The notes: generated by a model not told the origin, from the letters alone. A DNA stretch of 64,000 nt from Phyllobates terribilis (GCF_046119375.1 NW_027362761.1:663958001-664022000), one strand, 5' to 3'. Shown: positions 1 through 14,077, numbered from the stretch's first letter. A program made the numbers and translations.

Positions 1-2294
1 CAACCACATTCTTACCAATCAAAGGTCTCAGGATGTCACTAATAAGGTTCTGAAAAAATGCAGGTGCATTGGTAAGACCAAAAGGCATCACCAGATTCTC
101 AAAATGACCTACCGGAGTGTTAAAAGCAGTTTTCCATTCATCACCCTCCTTCACTCGTAACAAATTGTATGCCCCCCGGAGATCAATTTTGGAGAACCAC
201 TTGGCTCCCACTAACTGGTTAAACAAGTCAGGAATTAACGGCAATGGGTAGGAATTGTGTACGGTAATTTTATTAATTTCACGAAAATCCAGACATGGAC
301 GTAAACCGCCGTCCTTTTTTTTAACAAAGAAGAATCTAACTGCCACAGGCAACTTAGAAGGTCTAATGTGACCAGCAGCCAGGCTAGTCTCTATGTACTC
401 ATCCAAAGCCTTTCTTTCAGGGATGGTCAGATTAAACAAGCGACTTTTGGGAAGAGTAGCACCCAGAACAAACTCAATGGCGCAATCATAATCCCTATGA
501 GGAGGTAAAACTTGTGACTCCTCCTCCGAAAAAACCCTCCAAAAATCCTGAATAGGTACAGGTAATTCCCCTTTTTCCACAGCCGCAATGCGACCATAGC
601 AACATTTGTCATAGCACTTCGGACTCCAAGACTTAATCACATTAGTAAACCAGTCCAATAAAGGATTGTGCAGTTTTAACCAAGGCAATCCTAGAACAAC
701 TGGAGAGGGCAAATTATCCAAAACAACCAAGTCCAAAATTTCTTGGTGAACTCCATTGATAGGGAAAATGCAGCAGGCTTGTGAGTAATACATTTCAAAG
801 GAGTGTTATCAATTGCAACCACAGAAATAGGTGATGACAAAGGTTTGGATTTCAATTTAAGATTTTCCAAAAACCCTTTATCAATCACATTAAGTATTGA
901 ACCACAATCCACAAATACCTGAAATTCAATCAAATCTCCCTGCAGATTAGTACTCCCAGAAAGAAATACTCCTGCAGAGCGTAAACAAGCTATACGGGCG
1001 TAACTGACCTTTTTTTTTTCTTTACTTAAACGACGCTCACAATACTTAATCAAATGGTCAGCTTTACCACAATAAAGACATAAACCCTCGGCGAATCTCC
1101 GGTCTCTTTCCTGAGAGCGGAGTGATATTACCCCCTCCATTGGTTCTCCGCTGTCGGAGCAGAATTTCTGGGAACTAGGACCTGACGTTACAGGAGTTTT
1201 TACATCATTCACCCTGGACCTCAGTCTCCTGTCCACACGAACAGCTAACTGCATAGCTTCCTGCAGAGTCTCAGGTGCAGGGAATGCAATTAGCAAATCC
1301 TTAACCCTTTAACTCAGACCAGCAAGAAATAAACATCTCAGCGCAGAATCATTCCATTTAACTTCTGAGGCCCATCTCCTGAAGTGTGGGCAATAATTTT
1401 CAACATCATCTGACCCCTGATTCAAACGTCTAAGTTCTGATTCAGCAAATGAGATTCGATCAGGATCGTCATATATTAGCCCCATAGCAGAAAAAAATTC
1501 TTCAACAGAACTTAAACACGGATCATTAGGCTGGAGAGAAAAGGCCCAACCCTGTGGTTCTTTGCGCACAAGTGACATTATAAAACCAATGTGCTGTGAT
1601 TCATTCCCAGAGGATCTTGGTCTCAAATGAAAATATAACAAACAAGCATTTTTAAAGGAAAAAAAATCTTGCTGTTTACCATAAAAAACATCAGGCAGTC
1701 CTACCTTCGGTTTGACAAAATGCGCTCCAGGACAGCTACTCACGTGTTGCTGAAGCTCGGCCACCTCCAGAGACAATCTCTACAGACGTTGAGCCAAATC
1801 CTGGATGGAAACCATACTGATCCCCGAATTTCTTTCCTTTAAGTTTTTTGGGCTGGACTTACTGTTATGATCTGCAACAAGAACTAAGGAAAGATAGGGG
1901 AAAGCTGTTCCTACAGTAAGACTAAGCTGAATCCCTACGATGTAGCGGGCTGCCTGTTCCTAGTGAACAGACCCGCCTTAGTCCTCGGCTAGTCTGAACG
2001 AAGACCTATAGAATTAAGGGAGGGGTCCCTAAAAGAACTAAGGACTGGGACAAAAATGGGACACCTCCTAAACAGAAATTGTTGTAGAACACAAAAGACA
2101 CACTGACACAAAGTACTAGAGGTCCCAGAGGACCAAGCAAACTGACAGAGAAAGGCACCGAAGCACAAGGCTAGCAAAACAGTCAAACAACACTGAAGTC
2201 CAGCAAAGCCAGAAGGGCGGAGCTGGAATATATAGGCAGATGGTCACGTGACCGCAAAACACAAGATAGAAAAAACTAACAGGAGGGTTCTAAC
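1..2294 (-). mobile_element. Chromovirus-type Gypsy LTR retrotransposon, subfamily C (5' LTR, gag, protease, start of RT; runs off the window start; degenerate)
   Basis: Minus-strand ORFs 1309-1776 and 691-1296 encode gag (CLYCGKADHLIKYC zinc knuckle) and protease (VFVDCGS). RT motifs ([22 protein letters not shown]) read on the minus strand at about 130-330. A TAG lies early in gag and there are frameshifts. Homologous to the elements at 49489-64000. Confidence 0.95.
1863..2294 (-). repeat. 5' LTR of Gypsy subfamily C (432 bp)
   Basis: On the minus strand it reads TGTTAGAAC...CATAACA, followed by GTAAGTCCAGCC. The termini match the LTRs at 49489, 50069, 54619, 58987 and 63517. Confidence 0.92.
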
Positions 2295-2739
2295 ATAAAC
2301 AGACATCACACAATGATATCTGCCTGCACACACACACACTCACCATCCCCCGGCTCCCGTCATCCAGCTCCTCTCCGGTGGTAAGTAGCAGTGCAGGGCA
2401 CGCACTGCGTGACATCACACTGGCAGACATGGCCGCGCACAGGGCCATATCTCCTAGCTGTGACGCGGCCGAGCCAGCACACAGGGAAGTTAACAGGTGC
2501 AGTGCTGGCCCGGCTGAAGAAGAAGTAGCGGTCATGCGCCGTTGCTTGGGTCCATGAACAGGCGTGCACCCTTTCATGGACCAGGAACATATGACATCAC
2601 CACGCTCCCTCTTGATGGTCTTGATGAATCGAGGCACAAATGTTTGCATCAGACTGAAGAGAAGGCTATCTAAAAGTTACTTTGTAGTCTGTGAGTAGTG
2701 AGCAGGCTGTCCATCAGACTGCAGGGAAGTGGTTATAAT

Positions 2740-3038
2740 TAGTGTTGAGCGATATGTTCTATTAACCCTTTCGCCGAGTATGCTCAGGCCGAGCTCCGAG
2801 TATTTACAGCTGCTCGGTGATATGGTTGAATCGCTCCCGTGTGCATGATTTTCAACTGTTTTACAGTTTTATTACATGTGAGGAATGTCTATTTCTTACA
2901 CATTTCTCCCATGTAATAAAGCTGTCAAACAGTTGCAAATCATGCACACGGGAGCGATTCAACCATATCACCGAGCAGCTGTAAATACTCGGAGCTCGGC
3001 CCGAACATACTCGGACAGAACATACTCGCTTAACTCTA
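2740..3038. mobile_element. hAT-type palindromic MITE
   Basis: Termini TAGTGTTGAGCGA...TCGCTTAACTCTA, long internal inverted repeat, 8-bp TSD GTTATAAT at 2732-2739 and 3039-3046. Confidence 0.9.
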
Positions 3039-3939
3039 GTTATAATTAGTGTTGAGCGAGCACTAAAATGCTCGGGTGCTCGAAGCTCGGTCCGAGCTCA
3101 CCGTGATACTCGGGTGCTCGACCCGAGCAACGAGCCCAATGTTAGTCTATGGGAGACCCGAGCATTTTTGCGGCGGCACCCCCGACAGTCTGTAGAAAGC
3201 CTAAAAAGTGCCCAAAACTATAGTGACAGTGCTCAAAAGACATGGGGACAGCATGGGCATCGCCCCAGGAAGCATTTCTGACCCCCAGGTCACTGCTGTC
3301 AACAACGTGGTCAGAGGTATTAAGCCACTTTTACGGGCTCACAATAAAACGTTCAAAAACGAAACTGAGATGGTTTTCCTGTGAAATATGTTAAGGAACT
3401 TCCTTTCCAGGGTAAAGACTTGTGTATAAGGTAAAATAAATAACCAAAAACAAAAATACTCCTCCACACCTTGGGCTATGTTCACAAGTAGCATTTTTTA
3501 TGCGTTTTTGTACTTTTGTATTGCTTTCAATCGTGGCAAATGCATTCACCGGGAAATGTAATTTTAACATTTTACAATCTTATCTGGCCATGTGCTGTGT
3601 GACACATGCATACAGTGCTGAAAAGACATGGGAACAACATGGGGAAGACCCCTGGAAGCATCTCTGACACCCAGGTCACTGCCTAAAAGTGTGCCCATCA
3701 GAAGTGATCCTTGCCGCATCAGAAGATGCAGACTTTCAACTATCCCCGTGCAAGTCCTTGTCCCAGGGCAGTGTTCAATTGTACCTCCCCCATTCCTTGC
3801 AATGCAAGCGCAAGTATGCAGCCTGCCACCCACCCACCCCCGGGCTGCAATACCATACTGCTAGCTTGCACTTGAAGTGGGGCCTTTTAGTTTGGAGAAG
3901 GCCGAAGCTGGCCACTACCTCATGGCTGCATCGGCAGCG

Positions 3940-4112
3940 AGGTATCCATACTCAGTCACCAGCCGCCCGGCGGCCGGGTGTCCACGCTCGGTCCCCAGCC
4001 GCCAGGGGGCGGCCGGGTGTCCATACTCGGTCCCCAGCCGTCTCGCGGCCAGGTGTCCACACATGGTCCCCAGCCGCCTGGGGGCGGCCGGGTGTCCATA
4101 AACGGTCCCCAG
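3940..4112. repeat. GC-rich ~30-33-bp tandem repeat inside the hAT element
   Basis: GGCGGCCGGGTGTCCA(C/T)ACTCGGTCCCCAGCCG recurs about 4-5 times. Confidence 0.8.
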
Positions 4113-4894
4113 CCACCCTTATTTCTCCTGGGAACTTCACCCACACTTTTCTTAGCCTGGCCTGCTTTAGAACAGCATTGGATGAGCCCACCAGAGAACC
4201 AGACTCCTCCGGTGGGCCCTGGCTTCTCCATCAGGGGAGATGAGAGTGCCAAGGTGAGGAGCATGATGATGATGATATTAGTTAGCATCTGCTTTGTTTA
4301 CTTGGAATGCAAGCGCATGTATGTAGTAGCGGCTAGGCCTGAGGTCAGCGTTTTGGCGCATATCCTACCTTCTCCGAGGATTGCTGGATGTTTTCCTGCT
4401 ACTATCCCAGTTCTATGACTCCCGTTAAAACAAACCTTCAGGTGATGAATAATGGATGAGGTGGTGGCAAAGGAGAAAGAGCAGGATGAACAGGGACCAT
4501 TCACATCAATATCAGGCCAGTCAACCACACATGTCTTGTAGGATATGCTTCTGTACCAAAAGGAGCGGTTCGGCTACACAGTTATAGGGCATGCAGTGAG
4601 TGCAATGCCTACCAAAAATTTTGAGGCACTCCAATGCCCCTTGGAAGTGACATGGAGGTCAGAGGGCATTAACTAAACCGTTTTTTCCATTTATAGCAAC
4701 TGGGTCTCCTGTGCACTGTTGGCCTAAGCAGTGAATGTAAGGCTTTCCAAAAATTATGAGGAACTGCAATGCCCCTTGAAACAGACGTGGATTACAGCAT
4801 ACTAAAAGCCTTCTACCCATTATTGGGGAGTAGGTCTCCCTCAGTGTTCGCCTATGCATTGAAAAGCAAAAGCTGACTAAAATTAGGAGGAAAT

Positions 4895-5160
4895 GCAATG
4901 CCCGTTGGAGGAATGGTGGAGGTCGCAGTGGAATAAAAAGACAATATCAATGCCCCTTGGGAAAATGGTGGAGGTCGCAGTAGCTTAACAAGACGGTTTT
5001 AATGCCCCTTGGAAGAGACGTGGAGGTCGCAGTAGCTTAACAAGATGGTTTTAATGCCCCTTGGAAGAATGGTGGAGGTCGCAGTGGAATAAAAAGACAA
5101 CATAAATGCCCCTTGGAAAAGTGGTGGAGGTCGCAGTAACTTAACAAGACTGTTTTCATG
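4895..5160. repeat. ~52-bp tandem repeat (about 5 copies) inside the hAT element
   Basis: AATGCCCCTTGGAA...GGTGGAGGTCGCAGT recurs at roughly 52-bp spacing. Confidence 0.8.
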
Positions 5161-5312
5161 CTCCTTACAAGAGCCATGCAGTACAGCATATTAAAAACAT
5201 TAATCCCATTATTGGGGAGTGGGTCTCCCATAGTCTTTGCATATGCCTTCCAAGCAAAAGCTGCCAAAAATTAGGACGGAGGAACTTGCAATGCTGGCAA
5301 CACGGACCACGG

Positions 5313-8300
5313 TCACCCTAGTGGTATAGTGGTGGTGGAGGCTGAGGATAGGGAGAAGAGCAAAAAACAGCCGAAATGAGGAAGCATATACCCATGTGTG
5401 GGTGTGAAGTGGTGCATGGGAATACACCTCCCGAAATAACACAGTGGATTTGACACTGTTACTCTGCTGTCATTTGGTGGTGATGAGAAGTCTGGCCCAA
5501 TCCAGCCCTTGTTCATTTTGATACGGGTCAGCTTGTCAGCATTGTCAGTTGACAGTCGAGTGCGCTTATCAGTTATAATTCCCCCAGCGACTCTAAAAAC
5601 AATCTCCGATAACACACTAGCGTTTGGGCAGGCCAGGACCTCAAAAAGCGTACAAAGCGAGTTCATTCCAAGTGTCCAGCTTGGATACCCAATAATTAAA
5701 AGGCACAGAGGAATCTCGGAGGACGCTGGTACAGTCGACAAGGTACTCCCTCACCATCTTTTGAAACTTTCCACTCCTTGTGAGAGTATCCCGCGCCTCA
5801 GGGCCTGTAAGCTGGTTGGGTCTCAGAAAACTGTCCCAGAATGTTGACAGTGTTCCCCTGCCTCTGCTGGATTGGAGTTGCGTCTCTCTCACCTGTACGC
5901 CTTGGTGGGTCAACGAACTGTGACCTCTGCCGCTAGCGTGTTCAGATGGGAATTTTTTTTAACAATTCTGCAGCAAGGGCCTTCTGGTACTGTCCCATTT
6001 TAGTAGACCTCTCCACCTCAGGAATAAGAGAGTGAAAGTTCTCCTTGTAGCGGGGGTCTAAAAGTGTCACCAACCAGTAATGACTGTCACCCTACATTTT
6101 GACAACGCGAGGGTCACGGTTAAGGCATCGTAACATAAAGTTAGCCATGCGTGCCAGACTGGTAACGGGCAAGAAGACTTCCGTGTCCTCACCAAGATGA
6201 CGACTGACCATGCTCTCCTCCTCCTCCTCCTCCTCCCCCCTGTCCTCAGGCCACCCATGCTGAACCGACTGTATTACAGTTGTACAGGTGCTACCGTCTA
6301 CAGCGCATGATACCAGCTCCTGTTCTTCCTCCTCCTCCTACTCCTCTCCCTCATTGTCCCCCAATGCACGTTGGGATGAGATGAGGCTGGGCTGTGTGTA
6401 ATCGCCGATTACGGCTTCTTGATCCATCTCATCATACTCTGGCTGCAATGCCTTCTCTTTAATTCTCTGCAGAGAGCGTTGCAAAAGACAGACAAGTGGG
6501 ATGCTGACGCTAATGATGGCGTCATCGCCACTCCCCATCTTGGTGGACTCCTCAAAGTTTGTCAGGATGGTACATATGTCAGACATCCAGGTCCACTCCT
6601 GAGGTCTTATGTGTGGAGTCTGACCTGAATATCGACGGCCTTGTTGCAGCTGGTACTCCACAACTGCTCTCTTCTGCTCACAAATCCTTTGCAACATGTG
6701 GAGGGTAGAGTTCCAACGTGTGGGGACATCACACCAGTCGGTGTGCCGGAAGCTGCAAACGCTGCTGCAACACAGCAAGGGCTGCGGAAGCTGTAGCCGA
6801 CTTCCGAAAATGAGCTGACAGGCGGCGTACTTTGACGAGCCGATCTGGCAACTCGGGGTACGATTTAAGAAACCACTGAACTATGAGGTTAAGCACATGA
6901 GCCAGGCATGGTATGTGTGTGATCTCGCCTCGCCTCAGAGCCGCCACCAGGTTACGCCCATTGTCTCACACCACCATGCCTGGATGTAGGTTCAGCGGTC
7001 TCAGCCACAGATCTGCCTGCTCTTTCACAGCTGTCCACAGCTCACAAGCAGTGTGAGGTTTATCACCTAAGCTTATGAGTTTCAGCACCGCCTATTGTCG
7101 CTTGGCTGAGGCAGTACTGCAGTGCTTCCAGCTAGTAACTGATGTGGTGATATCTGAGATGGAGGCTGAACATGAGGAGGAGGATGATGCGCAGGAGCTG
7201 TACACTGTGGGGGCAACTCTGAATGACATAGGGCCCGCAATCCTCAGTTTGGGGAGGATGTGTTCCGTCCCAAGGTCTGACTGGGTCCCGGCTTCCACTA
7301 TGTTTACCCAGTGTGCCGTCAGGGAGATGTACCGTCCCTGGCCACAAGCACTTGTCCACGTGTCCGTTGTCAGGTGGACTCTCCCAGTAACTGCGTTGTT
7401 GAGGGCACGGCAGATGTTTTGGGACACGTGCTTGTGTAGTGTGGGGATGGCACACCGGGCAAAATAGTGTCGGCTGGGGACCGACTACCGAGGGACGGCC
7501 ACCTCCATAAGGTTGCTGAAGGATTCCGTCTCCACCAGCCTGAAAGGCAGCATTTCCAACGCAAGCAGTCGTGAAATGTGTGAATTTAGGACTGTGGCCT
7601 GTGGGGCGTTGGCTGTGAATTTGCGCTTTCATTCAAAGCTCTGGGACGTGGACGTTGATGCTGTTTCTTGAGAAACTGCCATAACAAGTGAAGACTGAGA
7701 GAAGGGGGCATCTTTGCATGCAGTATAGACAGGGGATTGCCTTGCACGCACAACAGCGGGTTCTATTACACACACAACAGCGGAAGAAACAGTGGTGACT
7801 CCCGCAGACACTCGTCGTGGACCCTGGGGTTCGCCCCACAAAGTCGGGTGCTTTGCTGACATGTGCCTGATCATGCTGGTGGTGGTCAGGCTGGTAGTTT
7901 TGTCACCCCTGCTGATACTGGCATGGCAGCTGGTGCAAATGGCCTTTTTGGGGTTATCAGCAGAGTCTTTAAAAAAATTCCAGACTCTGGAAGACCTACT
8001 GGTTGTACTGGCAACGTCCCTCGTGTTGATGTTACGGGGAACTGTTGCCCACCTTCTGTGTGCGGCCACCACACTGCTTCTTCCTGCCTGTTGGGGTACT
8101 CTGCCTCCCTCACCCTGTGTGCTGCTGGCCTCGCACTGCGTGTCCTCCTGCCACGTTGGGTCAGTTACTAGATCATCCACCACCTCCTCCTCTTCCACTT
8201 GTGCACCACGATCCTCCTCCTCACTTCCTGGCAATTGATTTTTCGTCATCATCCACCTCTTGTGACAAATTGCCAGTGTCTACTTCCTGTGGCCGTGACT

Positions 8301-8766
8301 GTTCAAATATTTGGGCATCGCTACATGGGATCTCCTCTTTCACCACTTCAAGCGGAGCAGGAGAGGGGCACAAATATGGAAATGGACCAGTGAACAGCTC
8401 TTCAGAGTGTCCAAGTGTGGGATCAGTTGCTGTCTGACGACACTCGGCATGGTGGGAGGAAGGAGCATCAGGGTGAGGAGGAGTATGCGGTCAAGACTCA
8501 CGGCTACTAAAACTTGACAGTGTGGAAGACAGACTGGAGGCGGTGGTGCCCAGGTAACTTGAAGTATTATCTGCTATCCAATTAATAACCTGTTCACACT
8601 GATCAGTTCGCAATACTGGTGTTGTAGTGTGCTTCCCTAGTAATTCGGTCAAGAAGTGGGAGCGAGAAGATGTGGCTGTTGGTTGTGGCACATTTTCACC
8701 GTGGCCACGGCCCCGTCCTCTACACGCACCATCACCAGAATGTCCCTTGCCATGCGCCTTGCCCAT
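5313..8766 (-). pseudogene. hAT transposase with BED zinc finger, broken by stops and frameshifts
   Basis: ORF fragments carry WNFF...AICTSCHASISRG...MIRHMSAKHP (BED), VHLTTDTWTS, PCLAHVLNLIVQ, DVPTRWNSTLHML and VLACPNASVLSEIVF...RTRLS (dimerisation domain). Confidence 0.93.
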
Positions 8767-10764
8767 TGTAAATGAAGTAAAATAGCTTACACTCGCACGA
8801 TCAATGGAAAAAGGGTAATAAAAAGGAGATTAGAACCATGAAAGAGGAAAACCACAGTTCTGTTTTTCTGGCCTACACCAGACTCTCTCAAACAGATATA
8901 TTGGTGTCTGATCAGTCAGGGAGACACTATTACAGTTTTTTTTTACGGCAAAAAATGGCAAAAGCAGGATAATACAGATATTTGACCCGTGGAACTGCAA
9001 AACCACAGTTCTATTTCTCTGGCCTGCACCAGACTCTTTTAAACAGATATATTTGTGTCTGAAGTCACAGACACACTCAATTTTTTTTTGTGTGTGTGTG
9101 TGTGTGGGGGGGGGGGATACCGAAAGGTTAATAAGACGCGTATTTGCACAGTCTGACTGAGGAAAAAAATAATACAGGATTTAAATGAAAAAAAAAAAGG
9201 ATTTTTCCTGACCCCTGAGACCGGGGAATAAGTCTAGCAATTTGACCAACAGGAGCACACAGGACTGTAATGCAGCATTTGCTGGTATAACCACTGCGTC
9301 TCCTATACAGCCTGCCTGCCTGATATCTGGGATGGATATTAGTCCTGAGGAGGACTGTTTGTTTGATCTGGCAACCTTTACAGACCCTACACTAACTATT
9401 TCGCAGTATATATCTCTCCCTAAATCAGCAGCTCTGTCCCTACACTGTCTGATGCGGAGCAACTGTGTCCAAGATGGCGGCGCCCGATTTTAAATACTCG
9501 AGTTGACGCTGTGCGGCCAGCCAATCACTGTACTGCCCACAAACAGCATGGCTGCGGCATTACAGTGACTGGCTGGCAATCCCTGCATGTTCATTGGCTC
9601 TGTAAAGAGCGCCAAACGTGCAGGGCGGAGACCCGAGCTCCCGCCCGAGTAACCCGGAAATGCTCGGTGCTCGCCGAACATCCCAAGTAGTGAGATGCTC
9701 GGGCGAGTACCGAGCAGTGTCGAGCATGCTCGCTCAACAGTAGTTATAATCACACATTATATAGTGAGCGTTAACTATTACAACCCACGTGCACCATTCC
9801 TATGACTGGAAGTTAGTGGCTGAATGGACAATATAACTTTTTCTTTTAACTTACAAATATGAACAGTCACAGTGAGATTCTTTGAGTGTTTCCACACATA
9901 TAACCTCATTTATGTGAGTAAATATGTTATTTGTAATTGTTTATTTCCATAATCCATATAAATGTGCAGAAATTTGGTTTCTTATGTAAGAAGAACTTTT
10001 GACAAAAAATTGATCACATTCACTTAAAATGGTGTCCTTTAAGGTTATAATTTTGGCATATTCTGCTAGTCTTATTAACAGGAGGATTATTCCCAATAGA
10101 GCCTTTAGTAAGCAGTGGCAACATGGTCTAATTAGGAAATGCCACAGTTCTAATAAAAGATGATGTTTAAATGCTGACTTTATTCCAGTGTAATTAAAAA
10201 TAATGTTTTTCACAGCCGACTAGAGTAGATAGTTGGCTGACATCTACTTTTTTTCTGTGGTAACTTTTGTTTTTTTGCTGTTTTTTAGCACCTTGGGGGC
10301 TCTCTAAATATGACATTGCATCTGCAATTTGTTCTAGCACAAATTGCACTCCAAAAGTCAAATAGTTCTCTTTGCTTCTGATCCCTACTGTGCGCCCAAA
10401 CAGTAGTTTCCCATCACATATGGGTATCCGTGTACTCAGGAGAAACTCAGGGGTTAAATTATGGATTTGTTATTGAGGTGAACACTAAAGAGTAACCTCA
10501 GGCACAAGGTGCTTATACCACCACGAAGGTTAAATTTACACCTGCATTGAATTTTTGGAGAGCCATGATTGCTTCACACCTTCACTTTGCATTTCCTTCA
10601 CTGTGCAAAAGGGACTTTCCTTTTTCTTACTACAAGGGGTCTGTTATTCCATGTGTAATTATTATTAGGTTGGACACAATGCTGAATTTTTACAGGAAGT
10701 TTTGGTAGTATGTATTTGCCATTTTTATTGGCAGTATGTGACCAAAAATATTTTTACTTATTAA

Positions 10765-12995
10765 CCCCTTTATCCCCGTAGGCTGTTTGCGTGTTAATGA
10801 CCAGGCCAATTTTTACAATTCTGACCAATGTCACTTTATGAGGTAATTACTCTGGAACGCTTCAACGGATCACACTGATTATTTTTCGTGACATATTGTA
10901 CTTCATGATAGTGGTAAAATTTATTCAATATGACTTGTGTTACTTTGTGAAAAAATCAGAAATTGGGCGAAAATTTTAAAAATTTTACAATTTTCAAAGT
11001 TTGAATTTCCATGCCCTTAAATCAAAGAGATATGTTTCACAAAATAGTTATAAAGTAGACATGTGGGAAATGTTATTTATTATCAGCACAATTTTGGAAC
11101 CAAACATTTTTTTGGTAGGAAGTTCTAAGGGTTGACCAGCTATTTCTCATTTTTCCAACAAAATTTGTTATACCATTTTTTTTAGGGGCCACATCACATT
11201 TAAAGTGAGTTTGAGGTGTCTATATGACAGAAAATACCCAAAAGTGACACCATTCTAAAAACTGCACCCCTCAAGGTGCTCAAAACCACATTCAAGAAGT
11301 TTATTAACCCTTCAGGTTCTTCATAGGAATTTTTGGAATTACTTTAGACCCAATTTTTTTTATTTTCACAAGGGTAACAGGAAAAGATGGACCACAAAAT
11401 TTTTTGTACAATTTCTCCTGAGCTCGCCAATATCCCATATGTGGGGTAAAACCACTGTTTGGGTGCACGGCAGGGTTCGGAAGGGAAGGAGAGCCATTTG
11501 AAAATTTGCTGAAATAATTAGGGGACGCCATGTCCCGTTTGGGGACCCCCTGATGTGCCTAAACAATTGAAACCTCCAACAAGTGACCCCATTTTGGAAA
11601 CTAGAACCCTCAAGGAAGTTATCTAGATGTGTGGTGAGCACCCTGAAACCCCAGGTGCTTTACAGAAGTTTATAACATTGAGCCGTAAAAATCAAATTTT
11701 CACATTTTTCCTACAAAAATGTTTTTCAGCCCCAAATTTTGCGTTTTCATAAGCGTAACAGGAGAAATTGCACCAAACCATTTGTTGTGCAATTTCTCCT
11801 TACTAAGCCTATACCCTAAATGTGGGGGAAAACCACTGTTTGAGCACACGGCATGGTTCGAAAGGGAAGGAGTGCTGTTTGATTTTTTCGTTTTTTTTTA
11901 TGTAAAATTAGCTTGAATAATTAGTGGACGCCATGTCGCATTTGGGGAGCCCTTGATGTGTCTAAACAGTTGAAACCTCCAACAAGTTGACCCCATTTTG
12001 GAAACTAGAACCCTCAAGGAACTTATTTAGATGTGTGGTGAGCACCTTGAACCCCTAGGTGCTTCACAGAAGTTTATAACGGGAAAATAAAAAAATCTAA
12101 CTTTCTCCACAAAAAAGATCTTTTAGCCCCAATTTTTTTATTTTCACAAGGGTAAGAGGAGAAAAAAGACCCCTGAAATTGTTCTGCAAATTACATATGT
12201 AATTTACTGCTTGAGCGCACAGCAAGGTTCAGAAGGGAAGGAGCACTGTGTGACTTTTTGAACGCAAAATTGGCTGGAATCGAGAGCAGACACCATGTCG
12301 CGTTTGTAGAGCCCTTTAAGCGCCTAAACAGTGGAAACCCCCCCCAATAAGTGACCCCATTTTGGAAACTAGATCCCTCAACGATTTTATCAAGAGGTAT
12401 AGGGAACATTTTGAACCCAGAGGTGTGACACAGAATTTGATAACATTAGGTCATCATATTGAATATGTTGTCCTTAGTCTTGACCGCAAGTGCTCGCTAC
12501 TTGAGTTTGCATCGGGTACTCTGGTATGCGCCAAGTTTCGCGGGAGTTCGAGTGACACGCTTAAGTCCCCGCCCCGCATGTTTCACGGTTGTTAGACCAC
12601 CCCCGCCCCCCCAAAAAAAACATGCGGGGATCGTTCGTGCATGGCAGGCAATCCCCGCAAGGTTTTTTAGGGCTGTATAACAGCCGCAAAATATATGGGG
12701 CATCGGATCAGCATGGAAATGATCGGTCAGCGCGGGGTCTCCGATCCAAGGTAAGAGGGGCTGTCTTAGCTCTTCCTGCTCCTGAAATGCTGCGATCGAC
12801 TTAAATCGCAGCATTTCAGGGGTTAATGTGCCTGGAGTCGTGCGGGACCGCTCCTGGCACAGAGTGCCGAGTCTCGGCTGTCAGACTCAGCCGATACCTG
12901 GTGGCGATCGCGCCCACCGAGGCGTAATAATACGTACCTGGTCCTTAAGGCCCAGGGCACAGAGACGTATTATTATGCCTCACGTCTAAAAGGGG
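10765..12995. mobile_element. Non-autonomous piggyBac-like element with internal ~360-410-bp tandem repeats
   Basis: TTAA|CCCCTTT...AAAAGGGG|TTAA. The right end matches the end of the transposase-bearing copy at 46677. GTGACCCCATTTTGGAAACTAGA recurs at about 11583, 11990 and 12352. Confidence 0.8.
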
Positions 12996-12999
12996 TTAA

Positions 13000-13422
13000 A
13001 GAGAATCTGTTACCAGGTTTTTGCAAACCTATGTGAGAGCAGCGTAATGTAGGGACAAAGACGCTGATTCCAGCAATCTATCACTTACTGGGCTTCTTGC
13101 TATCATTTTCTTAAAATCATTTTATATCTGCTGCAAAATAACCAGTTGTCTGAATGCTGAGCTATGTATAACCCCACCCACAGCTTTGGAAGCTTACACA
13201 GAAAGCTACCAATTAGTGGATGAGGCTGGCTTATACATAGCTTATGAATTTCCTTGACTTTACCTGGCAGCAGGTTTACTAGTCCTGTAATGACAATCTC
13301 CCGGTGATAAAACTGTGATTTTATCAAAACTACACTGAGCAGCTTAGTAAGTGACAAGTCCCTGGAATCGGGGTCTCTGCCCCTACATCATGTTGCTCTG
13401 AGGTTGCAAAAACAGTTTCTCT
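13000..13422. mobile_element. TTAA-target MITE (T2/Kolobok-like)
   Basis: TTAA|AGAGAATCTGT...ACAGTTTCTCT|TTAA, with internal inverted arms. Confidence 0.8.
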
Positions 13423-14077
13423 TTAAAACCTGATGCATTTTTTTTTTTTTTTTGATTTTTTTTTGTTTGCTCTACATGACTATGGATGCAGATGTTTAAT
13501 TTTAGCTATTGCCAAGATCAGGAGTTCTTTCAAATTAATGAGAAATATAAGGAAAGGACTTCTCTTTCCTTCAGGATCACGTCTGGCTTTATTTTGACAA
13601 TTGTAATTAAGAACTGCACCTTAAAGGAGATGACTGGTCTTCTCTTAAAAGTCTGCAGTCTCCAAATGGGTACCTGTCGCCTAAAAAGACGCAGATATGG
13701 GGTTAATCTGCAGGCTAATAGTGTTATGAACCTGCTCGGCAGGTGAGTTTCCTCCCTGTAGTAGGGGGTCTAACTTTATTTCGCCCGGCAGCATTTGGCT
13801 TTCAGTGACCGCTCTGTGTATAGAGCGCAGCTGCTGTAACCGGCTCTGACTTGGGGGGGCCCTTTTCATACATTTCCAGGATGAATAATAAATGAATGTC
13901 AGACTACAGAGTTCTAATGAAAGATGCTTCAGTATTATTTCATTGGAAATGTGTATACTCAGTAAAACAGACATGTTATTAACAAGGACAGGTCCTCTGG
14001 TTGTTTTGGGGGCTTTTCAACTATTGAATGACTTCTGTCCTTTTCTTTGTAAACATTGCGATGTATTTTCATTTTAG

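Larger units (their letters stand above)
3047..9742 (-). mobile_element. Full-length decayed hAT (Ac-like) DNA transposon
   Basis: TIR TAGTGTTGAGCGAGCA versus TGCTCGCTCAACAGTA (1 mismatch). TSD GTTATAAT at 3039-3046 and 9743-9750. Internal transposase on the minus strand. Confidence 0.93.

Noticed and set aside
3564-4528. Pro/Gly-rich ORFs on both strands
   Set aside because: They are products of GC-rich tandem repeats inside the hAT element.
9800-10230. Possible L1 fragment
   Set aside because: No recognisable conserved motif.
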